Shown piece by piece: positions 12,135 through 20,268 of a stretch of 64,000 nt of DNA; within the stretch, counting starts at the first letter, position 1; each line of letters opens with the position of its first letter. The DNA lies in assembly GCA_021780195.1 (NCBI GenBank), contig JAJXZE010000004.1:1584-65583 (forward strand), written 5' to 3'. The notes beneath the pieces were generated by a model that saw only the letters and a program-made list of their open reading frames with translations, did no database searches and was not told the origin of the DNA. This DNA comes from a bacterium. Lineage in GTDB: Bacteria; Patescibacteriota; Minisyncoccia; UBA6257; 2-01-FULL-56-20. A program made the position numbers and the translations under genes.

Positions 12135-13211
12135 TCAGGCGCGCTCAAGAAGGATCCTCAGTTCCGCCGGGTTCAGCGAGTAGAGCTCGGCGTTCTCGAG
12201 GGACACCTCGCGGTTCTTCACGAGGTTCGCGAGCGACCGGTTCAGGGTGACCATTCCTTCCTGGAGGCTCGTTTCGATCACGAGGTCGATCTGGTACGTC
12301 TTCCGTTCGCGGATCAGGTTCCTGATGGCGGGGTTCACGATCATGACCTCGAGTGCCGGCACGCGGCCGCCCGACATCCGGGGAAGCAGGCGTTCGGAAA
12401 CGATGGCGACGAGGGTCGCCGCAAGCTGGGACGTCACCTGCCCCTGCTGTTCCGCGGGGAATGAGTCGATGATGCGGTCGATCGTCTGCGAAGCCGAGTT
12501 CGTGTGGAGCGTCGAGAGTACCAGGTGGCCCGTTTCTGACGCGGTCATGGCGGTCGAGATGGAGACCGTGTCGCGCATCTCGCCGATCATCACGACGTCC
12601 GGGTCCTGCCGGAGCACCGTGCGGAGCGCCGAGTGGAATCCGACCGTGTCGCTCCCCACTTCGCGCTGGGAAACGATGCACTTGTCCTGCGTGAAAAGAT
12701 ATTCCACCGGATCCTCGATCGTGATGATGTGGTCAGAGCGCGAGTGGTTGATCTCGTCGACGATCGCGGCGAGCGTGGAGGACTTGCCATGGCCCGCGGG
12801 CCCCACGACAAGAACGAACCCCTGTGAGAGCTTGGCGAAATCGTGGAGCAGGGGCGGAAGGTTCAGTTCCTCGATCGTCTTCACGCGCGCGGGGACGAGG
12901 CGGAGCGCCGCCGCGAGATAGCCGCGCTGGAAGTACACGTTCACGCGGAAGCGCGCCTTGTCCTCGAAGCTGTACGCGAAGTCGAGCTGGCGCTCTTTGA
13001 GGAGCCGCGCTTTCTGCTCCGTGTCAAGCATCGCGCCGATGATCGCCTCCGCCGATTCCGGCGTCATGATCGGCTCCTTTTCAAGCGCGACGAGCACCCC
13101 GTCGATGCGCAGGGTCGGCCGCCGCCCCACCGCAAGGTGGAGGTCGGACGCGCTCTGCTTGGCGCAGGTCGTCAGGAGGTCGTTCAGTTTCGCTTTATCG
13201 TCATCCGCCAT
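12135..13211 (-). CDS. pilT: Type IV pilus retraction ATPase
   Basis: ASDLHL, RFRVNVY, GPAGHGKSST, TIEDPVE, LRQDPDV, GHLVLSTLHT, AIRNLIRE. Confidence 0.94.
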   Translation of the reverse strand: MADDDKAKLNDLLTTCAKQSASDLHLAVGRRPTLRIDGVLVALEKEPIMTPESAEAIIGAMLDTEQKARLLKERQLDFAYSFEDKARFRVNVYFQRGYLAAALRLVPARVKTIEELNLPPLLHDFAKLSQGFVLVVGPAGHGKSSTLAAIVDEINHSRSDHIITIEDPVEYLFTQDKCIVSQREVGSDTVGFHSALRTVLRQDPDVVMIGEMRDTVSISTAMTASETGHLVLSTLHTNSASQTIDRIIDSFPAEQQGQVTSQLAATLVAIVSERLLPRMSGGRVPALEVMIVNPAIRNLIRERKTYQIDLVIETSLQEGMVTLNRSLANLVKNREVSLENAELYSLNPAELRILLERA

Positions 13212-13269
13212 GGCGTGAGTAGGGTGATGTGAACTTTATACGGTAAGTATACCACACTGCGAGCGGACC

Positions 13270-14991
13270 CTACGCCTCCTCCGTCTCGCGCAAAATCTCC
13301 TCGATCGAAGTCACGCCATCGAGCGATTTCATGACGCCGTCCTGCCGCAGGGTGATCATACCCTGGGCCTTCGCCTCGCTCACGATCTTCTGCACCGTGG
13401 CGCCGGTCTCGATGACTTGAGCAAGGGCGGGCGTCATGCGAAACACCTCGAAGATCGCCGTGCGGCCGAGGATCCCTTTCCCCTTGCATGTAGGACACCC
13501 CTTGGCGCGCCATACCTTGTAGGGCTTCGGGTACTTCGCCGCGATTTCCGGTTTGATCCCCGCGAGGGACCGTTCGATCGCCGCGGCAAGGTCGGCCGCG
13601 GGCGCTTCCTGCTGTTTGCAGTCGGGACACAGAGTCCCCACGAGACGCTGGGCGATGATGAGGTTGAGCGAGACCGGCAGGAGGAAGGGCTCCACCTTCA
13701 TGTCGATGAGGCGCGGGATCACGCCGGCGGCGTTGTTCGTGTGGAGCGTCGAGAGCACAATATGCCCGGTCAAGGCCGCCTGCACCGCAAGGCCGGCCGT
13801 CTCGTTGTCGCGGATCTCGCCGACCATGATGATGTCCGGATCCTGGCGCAGGATCTGGCGGAGGCCCGACGCGAAGTCATACCCGATCTCGGGCCGCACC
13901 TGCGACTGGTTCACGCCCTGCACGAAATATTCCACCGGGTCCTCCAGGCTTACGATATTCACCTCCTCGGTGTTCAGCCGCTGGAGGAAGGCGTAGAGCG
14001 TGGTCGTCTTTCCGGAACCGGTGGGACCGGTCACGAGCACCATGCCATACGGCTTTTCGAGTCCCTCCTTCACGATCTCCAGGTTGCCATAGCGGAGCGG
14101 AAGATTATCGAAGCTCTTGAGGCCCGTCGTCGGGTCGAGCACGCGGATCGCCACTTTCTCGCCCATGGGCGTCGGAAAGGTCGCCACGCGGAAGTCCACG
14201 TCGCGGTCGGAGATCTTCGCGCGGAAACGGCCGTCCTGCGGGATGCGCGTCTCGTCGATCTTGAGATTCGAAATGACCTTCACGCGAGAGACGATCGGCT
14301 GGGCGAGGGCCACGGGCAGTTCCGCCACCTGGTGGAGGTCGCCGTCATTCCTGAAGCGCACGCGGACCGCGTGCTGTTCCGGCTCGATGTGAATATCGGA
14401 GGCACGCGAGAGCACCGCTTCGCGGAACGTGTCTGCCACGATCTTGATGATCGGGGCGTCCTCGCTTCCCTCGGCCGCCTCAAGCTTCACGACGCGCTGG
14501 GCGCTTTCGCTCCCGTCGCCCGACACCGAACGCACGGCGCGTTCGATCTCCGCGCGGTACGGGGAATACTTCCGGAGCACCGCCTCCCAGTCGCCGTACG
14601 CGATGAGATACACGCCAAGGTTCAGGTGGTTCTGACGCGCAATGAACTTCACGGCGTCCTGCGCCTTCATGTCGTCGGGATTCAGCATGCCGACCACGAG
14701 CAGATTGTCGCCGAGCGAGATGGGAATCACGCCGTACGTGCGCGCGGTCTCTTCCGGAATGAGCGCGAGCGCCTTCTGATCCACGTCGCCCGCCGCGACG
14801 GGCTTGTAGGGAACCTTCAGAGCCGCACTCTTCATCTCCGCGATCTTCGCGTCGTCCACGAGCCGGCGCTTCGCGATGATCGTCTCGATCGAATCGCCGC
14901 TCACGATGGCGTCGCGCGTGAGCCGCTTCGCGGTGGCGTCGTCGATCAATCCGTTCGCGGAGAGTGCCTGGAGAAATGCATCCTGGGTCAT
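13270..14991 (-). CDS. pilB: Type IV pilus assembly ATPase (GspE/PulE family)
   Basis: ASDIHIEP, RIPQDGR, GPTGSGKTTT, LRQDPDIIMVGEIRD, CPDC...CPTC Zn motif. Confidence 0.94.
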   Translation of the reverse strand: MTQDAFLQALSANGLIDDATAKRLTRDAIVSGDSIETIIAKRRLVDDAKIAEMKSAALKVPYKPVAAGDVDQKALALIPEETARTYGVIPISLGDNLLVVGMLNPDDMKAQDAVKFIARQNHLNLGVYLIAYGDWEAVLRKYSPYRAEIERAVRSVSGDGSESAQRVVKLEAAEGSEDAPIIKIVADTFREAVLSRASDIHIEPEQHAVRVRFRNDGDLHQVAELPVALAQPIVSRVKVISNLKIDETRIPQDGRFRAKISDRDVDFRVATFPTPMGEKVAIRVLDPTTGLKSFDNLPLRYGNLEIVKEGLEKPYGMVLVTGPTGSGKTTTLYAFLQRLNTEEVNIVSLEDPVEYFVQGVNQSQVRPEIGYDFASGLRQILRQDPDIIMVGEIRDNETAGLAVQAALTGHIVLSTLHTNNAAGVIPRLIDMKVEPFLLPVSLNLIIAQRLVGTLCPDCKQQEAPAADLAAAIERSLAGIKPEIAAKYPKPYKVWRAKGCPTCKGKGILGRTAIFEVFRMTPALAQVIETGATVQKIVSEAKAQGMITLRQDGVMKSLDGVTSIEEILRETEEA

Positions 14992-15012
14992 GCGGTGGCG
15001 GTCATGGCGCGG

Positions 15013-15309
15013 TTACGGCGCAATGAATGGGTTCGCGCGGCCCACGGCGGCGGGGCCCTGCGGCGTGGGAAGCGCGAAGGATGGCTGGGTGAGCGCCTGT
15101 ATTTTATTGAGCACGTCCGCCGGCTGGAGCGTTACCTGCGAAAGGGGCGCGATGGCCTGGTATCCTGCGGGCGGAGAGATCACCACGAGTTCAGGCGCCG
15201 CAAAGAAAATATAGTAGGCGGCAACGATGAGCACCACGATCACCACGGCCCATCCGAGGAGACCCATGAGATTCGTGCTCTTCCGTTCTTCGTCGACGAT
15301 GATGGCCAT
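15013..15309 (-). CDS. Small membrane protein in pilP position
   Basis: One TM helix, ends GRANPF; lies between pilO and pilB. Confidence 0.65.
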   Translation of the reverse strand: MAIIVDEERKSTNLMGLLGWAVVIVVLIVAAYYIFFAAPELVVISPPAGYQAIAPLSQVTLQPADVLNKIQALTQPSFALPTPQGPAAVGRANPFIAP

Positions 15310-15317
15310 GGCGATGG

Positions 15318-15938
15318 TTATGGAATCTGGTAATAGGTGACGACCGTGATGTTATAAGTGAAAAGATCCTGCGTATTCCCCGCGCCCTTCGCCGTGGGCG
15401 CCGCGGGCGCGGACGGCTGGAGAGAGAACGCGGCGACGTCGAAGATGCGGAGGTTGGTCTCGAGCGCGGCGAGGAAGCTCTTTAAACTCTCGTAGCTCCC
15501 GACGGCGGCGAACTGGATCGACAGGCTCCCCATCGGCTTCGTGACCCGGCTCGAGGATGCCGTGGTACCTCCCGCCGCGGCCGCGGGAAGCTGGACCGCG
15601 GGCGGGGCGACCGCGATGCTCTGGACTGACACGTTGTTCGCCGCGGCGATGCCGTACACCTGCGCGAGCGCGTTCGCGACACTCGGCCCGGACGGCATGG
15701 CAAGCGCGAGATCACTCTGCGCCTGGCTCGCGTTCTGATATTCGCTGATCAGGTTCTTGGCCTGGCCGATCATCTTCTGCTCGTTCGCAAGGAGGATCTG
15801 GGTACTCGCCTCGGTCCCCTTTTTCTCCTGAAGGACGCCGTACGTCGGCTGGACAAGGTCGAAGAATACGAAGAGCGCCGCCGCGAGGAAGAGGAGGGCG
15901 ATCAGCATGCTGGTGAACCGTTTGGAGCTTTGTTTCAT
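15318..15938 (-). CDS. pilO: Type IV pilus alignment protein PilO-like
   Basis: N-terminal TM, coiled coil, GSYESLKSFL..LE...RIFDV; position after pilN. Confidence 0.75.
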   Translation of the reverse strand: MKQSSKRFTSMLIALLFLAAALFVFFDLVQPTYGVLQEKKGTEASTQILLANEQKMIGQAKNLISEYQNASQAQSDLALAMPSGPSVANALAQVYGIAAANNVSVQSIAVAPPAVQLPAAAAGGTTASSSRVTKPMGSLSIQFAAVGSYESLKSFLAALETNLRIFDVAAFSLQPSAPAAPTAKGAGNTQDLFTYNITVVTYYQIP

Positions 15939-15942
15939 CGGG

Positions 15943-16503
15943 TTATTGGGAAGTAGCGCGGAGCACGGCCGCGGTATTCATGGTGAGCGACACGGTGAAG
16001 TTCCAGAGGCCGGTGGTCGGCGAGAGCACGATGGACGAGACGGAAACCTTCTGTACTTCGGGCGCGGCCTCGAAAATGGCGGCCTGCTGGTTCACATCGG
16101 CCTCGGTCTTCGCGGCGCCCGTGAGCGTGATCTGGTTCCCCGCCACGAATGCGAGGTTCGAGTAATAAACGTTCGCCTCCGTGCTTTTCTCGAGCCACGA
16201 AAGGAAGCGCGAGAACAGCACGTGATTCTGGAGCGCGGTCTGCACGTTCGTCACCTCGGAATAAAAGGTGGCGACCTGCGCCTGATCCGACGCGGGGATC
16301 GACTTGGCGAGCACGTCCATCTGCGTATTGAGCGAGGCAACCTGCGCGTCAAGATACGGTTCGTAGCCGAACGTGAGGCCGAAATACACGAGAAGCGCAA
16401 AAAGCAGGATCCCCCCGGAAAACGAAATAACGCCCCACGACCATCCCGGGGTCTGCGGGGGTTCCTGGCTCAAACGTTCGATGACCTGTTGGGGAAGCGG
16501 CAT
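15943..16503 (-). CDS. pilN: Type IV pilus alignment protein PilN-like
   Basis: TM plus coiled coil, ITLTGAA; position after pilM. Confidence 0.7.
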   Translation of the reverse strand: MPLPQQVIERLSQEPPQTPGWSWGVISFSGGILLFALLVYFGLTFGYEPYLDAQVASLNTQMDVLAKSIPASDQAQVATFYSEVTNVQTALQNHVLFSRFLSWLEKSTEANVYYSNLAFVAGNQITLTGAAKTEADVNQQAAIFEAAPEVQKVSVSSIVLSPTTGLWNFTVSLTMNTAAVLRATSQ

Positions 16504-16507
16504 GATT

Positions 16508-17587
16508 TTATATGAGTTCCTTCATCCCGAGGCCGAGGGCGACGCTCATCGTAGGATTGAGCTCCGCGGCGAGCGGAGCGACCTGCGGCGCGTATTCAAA
16601 CCGGGAAAAAGGAGTCGCCTTCACGGTCGGCGCCCCGAATTCCCTCTCCCAATACTTCTCGATGCCGAGGAGGTTCGCGCCTCCTCCCGCGAGCACCACC
16701 CGTTCGGCTTTCGCGGCCGTCGGGAAACGTTCGGCGTATGCGTACTGGGCCTTCTTCACCTCACTGATTATAGCATCTAAAAAGGGCATCATTATTGTGG
16801 ACAACTCGTAGTTCGGCCCCGTGCCCGCCACGCCACGCTCTTTCTTGAGCTCCTCGGCCCTCAGTGGGTTGATCCCGAGAGAGGAGGCGAGCGCCTGCGT
16901 GAGCGACGCCGAGGCGAAATCGCTCTGCGCGCTCCACATGAGCCGGCCCTTATCAAGGAAGACGGCGTTCGTCGAGCGACTGCCGATGTCGACCACGATC
17001 GTGGGCGTCGGGTCGTTGCCGAAGATGCGCGCGATGCTTAAACTTTCGATCTCGAGCGCATGGAGGGCGAGGCCCGCCGTTTTGAAGATGCGCTGGTATT
17101 TTTCGATCTGCTCCCTCGGTACGGAGATGAGCAGTATCTTCTGATGCGCGAACCCCTTGTCGTCCTGGTAGTCCATCACCTTCATCCAGTCGAGCGCCAC
17201 CTCCGCTATGGGAAGCGGCACGTACTGCTTCGCCTGATAGATCATCGCCTGCTCGATCTGCTTCTGTTCCATCTGCGGAAAGTCGAGCACCGTCATAAAA
17301 ACGGAAAACGGCGGGAGGGAGGCGATCGCATTCGTCGTCGTGGTACCCATCGTCTTCACCACGGTCTTCAGGAGTTCGATGACGTCGCCTTCAAATATCT
17401 TGAGGCCGCTCGTCTGGAGCGCCTGATTCGCACGCGCGAGATATCCGCTCGATTCAAGAAGACCGTAATTCACGACGCGCGGGCGCGCCTTGCCGCGTTC
17501 GACTTCGACCGCCTTGATGGAGGTGGTGCCGATATCGACGCCAAGGTATGAGGACGGCGAAAAGGATTTTTTGAAAAGATTGATCAT
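16508..17587 (-). CDS. pilM: Type IV pilus assembly protein PilM (actin-like)
   Basis: LGVDIGTTSIKAVE, YVPLPI.EV.LDW, VDIG, LAGGGANL.G, VALGLG. Confidence 0.92.
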   Translation of the reverse strand: MINLFKKSFSPSSYLGVDIGTTSIKAVEVERGKARPRVVNYGLLESSGYLARANQALQTSGLKIFEGDVIELLKTVVKTMGTTTTNAIASLPPFSVFMTVLDFPQMEQKQIEQAMIYQAKQYVPLPIAEVALDWMKVMDYQDDKGFAHQKILLISVPREQIEKYQRIFKTAGLALHALEIESLSIARIFGNDPTPTIVVDIGSRSTNAVFLDKGRLMWSAQSDFASASLTQALASSLGINPLRAEELKKERGVAGTGPNYELSTIMMPFLDAIISEVKKAQYAYAERFPTAAKAERVVLAGGGANLLGIEKYWEREFGAPTVKATPFSRFEYAPQVAPLAAELNPTMSVALGLGMKELI

Positions 17588-17664
17588 GGAACGGGCGGGA
17601 TGGATACGCCGGGTGCGGCACCCTTTTAACGCATTTTTAATGCGTGATTCCTTATCATTGTACC

Positions 17665-18585
17665 ATGAAATTCCATTTTATCGCGGGGTTCATTGCGTCA
17701 GTTCTCTTTCCGCCGGCGTGTCTGCACTGCGGCGCGCGCATCCGCGCGGGCACGCTCTGCAATCCATGCCGCGCGTCGTTCTTCGCGGCATACCCCGCGG
17801 AGAGAATTTCCCGCGCCGCGGGAAGTACGGGCGCCGCGATGGGCGCCGTGCCAGGCGTCATACCGGGTGCGGTGACGCCCGCCGTACCGGTCATACCGCC
17901 GCCCGCACTTTTCTGCGGTTCATGCCGCGCGCGCCTCGTCGCGTCCGGCGGCGCGCGGGAAAACATCCCCGGCGCGGTACGTGCGCTCGGTAGAAGCCCG
18001 TGCCATCCTTCATTCCCCTACCTCCTCGGCACCGCAGGAAGCTACCGGCACGCCGTGCTCGCCTCACTCGTCCGCGCCCTGAAGTTCGAAGGGATCACGG
18101 ACGCCGCGGAACCGCTGTCGGCGCTCCTCATCGCTTACGCGGAACAATGCGCGGGATTTTTCCTCGCGCCCGCACACACCAGACACCAAAGCATCGCGTG
18201 GGGCGCGGGCGGCCCTTCTTCCGCGGCCGCACCGCCGATCGTGATTCCCGTACCGCTCTCGCGGCGCCGGCTCCTCGCGAGAGGTTTCAATCAGGCGGAG
18301 CTCATTGCGCGGCCGTTCGCGGCGCACTTCGGCCTCGCGCTCGCGCCGCATGCGCTCGTGCGTTCCCGCCACACCAAGCCGCAAAGCGAAGCGCCGAGCG
18401 CCGCCGCACGACGGGCGAATGTCCACCGCTGTTTCACCGTGCCCGACCCCGCCGCAATCGTGGGACGGCGCATCGTGCTCGTCGACGACGTCGCGACCTC
18501 CGGCGCAACGCTCCTCGAGGCGGCGCAGACCCTGAGGACCGCCGGCGCGTCGGCCATTCTTGCGCTTGCCGCCGCGGAGGCGTAG
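17665..18585 (+). CDS. comF: ComF family competence protein (double zinc ribbon + PRTase)
   Basis: LFPPACLHC...LCNPC, IPVPLS..R...RGFNQAELIA, LVDDVATSGAT. Confidence 0.88.
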   Translation: MKFHFIAGFIASVLFPPACLHCGARIRAGTLCNPCRASFFAAYPAERISRAAGSTGAAMGAVPGVIPGAVTPAVPVIPPPALFCGSCRARLVASGGARENIPGAVRALGRSPCHPSFPYLLGTAGSYRHAVLASLVRALKFEGITDAAEPLSALLIAYAEQCAGFFLAPAHTRHQSIAWGAGGPSSAAAPPIVIPVPLSRRRLLARGFNQAELIARPFAAHFGLALAPHALVRSRHTKPQSEAPSAAARRANVHRCFTVPDPAAIVGRRIVLVDDVATSGATLLEAAQTLRTAGASAILALAAAEA

Positions 18586-18617
18586 CGGCCGGAACCGTGG
18601 AATGGTAGAATGGCCGT

Positions 18618-19085
18618 ATGGACGAGCATACGATTGCGTGGGAAGCGCCGGAATACGAACTCCGCGAAAAGAGCGTCGGCTGGTACTGGATCTCCATCAT
18701 CCTCGCCGCGATCGTGATCGCCTTCGCCGTGTGGACGAAAAATTTTCTTTTTGGATTTTTCATCGTGATCGCAGAGATACTCTTCATCGTCTGGGGCAAC
18801 CGTCCTCCGCAGACGATCCCTTTCGCCGTGGAGAAAGACCAGCTCGTCGTGAACGGCCGCAAGACCTACCTTCTCCGCGACTTTGAGAGCATGAGCGTAA
18901 ACCCCCTGGGCGACGAATGGGCCGAGATCATCCTCATTGCGCACGCAAAGTTCAGGACGCCGCTCCACATCCTCTTCCCCGAGGCCCGGCTCGCCGAGCT
19001 CCGCGCCCTTGTGAAGCCGATTTTCAAGGAAACGCCGTACGAGCCCGCGCTCCTCGACGCCATTGAAAAACTGCTCCATTTCTAG
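18618..19085 (+). CDS. Conserved hypothetical membrane protein (DUF5673-like)
   Basis: W.APEY...KS..WYW N-terminus, two TM helices, then beta domain; family name is recalled, not searched. Confidence 0.65.
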   Translation: MDEHTIAWEAPEYELREKSVGWYWISIILAAIVIAFAVWTKNFLFGFFIVIAEILFIVWGNRPPQTIPFAVEKDQLVVNGRKTYLLRDFESMSVNPLGDEWAEIILIAHAKFRTPLHILFPEARLAELRALVKPIFKETPYEPALLDAIEKLLHF

Positions 19086-19128
19086 TATCGTCTTCTTGTG
19101 CCCGGGGCATGCCCCGTGCGCGCACGAC

Positions 19129-19203
19129 GCCCTCGTCGTTCAACGGATAGGACGCAAGATTGCGGATCTTGTAATAGAGGTTCGATTCCTCTCGAGGGCA
19201 CCA
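19129..19203 (+). tRNA. tRNA-Arg(GCG)
   Basis: GCCCTCG/CGAGGGC acceptor, CAAGA-TTGCGGA-TCTTG anticodon arm, TTCGATT T-loop, encoded CCA. Confidence 0.93.
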
Positions 19204-19276
19204 CAAACAAAACTAGCGGCATCTCGTCGCCATGGGCTCTTTTTAATGTCGCCTCGATGCCGCTAGTTTCGTTTGT
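19203..19276 (+). repeat. Long inverted repeat (hairpin) directly after tRNA-Arg; apex CATGGGCTCTTTTTAATG
   Basis: ACAAACAAAACTAGCGGCATC ... GATGCCGCTAGTTTCGTTTGT arms (one mismatch). Confidence 0.85.
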
Positions 19277-19346
19277 TAAATTTTTATTAAACTATTTTTG
19301 ACTTTTCCTTCGTGCCGTCTATTATATTTATGAAGGCGCTGTTTGT

Positions 19347-19409
19347 ATGAACTACGGACAGTTTCCGCGCTTACCATAAAAACAGCCGTTATGCGGCCGT
19401 TTTTATTTA
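19347..19409 (+). promoter_or_regulatory. Putative leader peptide MNYGQFPRLP (19347-19379) with terminator-like hairpin
   Basis: Short ORF whose stop overlaps hairpin TAAAAACAGCCG-TTATG-CGGCCGTTTTTA followed by TTT; competing helix with 19338-19349. Confidence 0.45.
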
Positions 19410-19457
19410 ACAAAGTTTTCATCGCTATTCTGCTATGGTTATCAGGCCCGTGGTCTT

Positions 19458-19529
19458 GGGCTCATAGTTTATGGAGTAAAACAGCGCCTTTGGTAAGCGC
19501 AAAACCGGGCGCACATCCCGGCGGGTTCA
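19458..19529 (+). pseudogene. Degenerate tRNA-like element (TGG at anticodon position)
   Basis: 72 nt, four arms in tRNA geometry, but T-loop CGCACAT, T37, G-U-rich acceptor stem and stem mismatches. Confidence 0.6.
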
Positions 19530-19578
19530 CGGGCGTTGAAATTTCCGCAGGAATCAGTACAATAGACACGAATAGCGC

Positions 19579-19650
19579 GCGGGTATCGTATAGCGGCTAT
19601 TATGGTACCTTGCCAAGGTACAGATAGGGGTTCGACTCCCCTTACCCGCT
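19579..19650 (+). tRNA. tRNA-Gly(GCC)
   Basis: GCGGGTA/TACCCGC, GTACC-TTGCCAA-GGTAC, AGGGG-TTCGACT-CCCCT; upstream TTGAAA-N16-TACAAT. Confidence 0.93.
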
Positions 19651-19677
19651 CAGAAAGAAAGATGGTATAACTCAAAT

Positions 19678-20253
19678 ATGGAGCATAAGACCGACGGCGG
19701 CTTTGAGGGACGGCCCTTCGCGGAGGTCGCCAAGGAGGATGTCTTTAAAGGCCTCCGCGACACCGTCGAGGATATGCTCGCGACGGGGAATTACGATGGT
19801 GCGAAGGAGGAGATGAAAAAAGAACTCACGCTCCTCGCGGACGCGCTCGGCGGTCTCCGCTCCGAACGTCTGCGCGAGATATGGAAAGAGTTCGAGGGCT
19901 CACTCTCCCCCGAATTACTACAGGCCCTCAATCCCGAGTCCCGTGAAAAATATGCGCAGGCGCCGCAAGGGCGCTCCCCTTCGCATGAGCAAAAGCGAGA
20001 GATCATTCGTCCCGAAGAAATCATCCCCGGGCTCATGATCGTCGTCGAAAATCTCGGGAGCCGCGAACAGAGAGTGTATGAGATAGTGGGCAACCCTCGC
20101 TCCGGGGAAGACGGCGACATCATCGCAGAGATGCGACGGCCCGATTCGCCCAAAACGCAATTCAGATCCTTGTGCGTCCTCGGGCTTCTTCCTTTTGCCG
20201 ATGGCAGATGGAGCAACACCAACCGCATCGTCACCTGGCGGCAGATGGTATAG
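19678..20253 (+). CDS. Hypothetical protein
   Basis: 191-aa ORF filling the gap; AT-rich -10-like sequence before ATG; no recognised motif. Confidence 0.6.
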   Translation: MEHKTDGGFEGRPFAEVAKEDVFKGLRDTVEDMLATGNYDGAKEEMKKELTLLADALGGLRSERLREIWKEFEGSLSPELLQALNPESREKYAQAPQGRSPSHEQKREIIRPEEIIPGLMIVVENLGSREQRVYEIVGNPRSGEDGDIIAEMRRPDSPKTQFRSLCVLGLLPFADGRWSNTNRIVTWRQMV

Positions 20254-20268
20254 TTAAGGCACCGCTCC

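Noticed and set aside
19343..19627. 94-aa ORF across the tRNA region
   Set aside because: Overlaps tRNA-Gly and the tRNA-like element; no coding features
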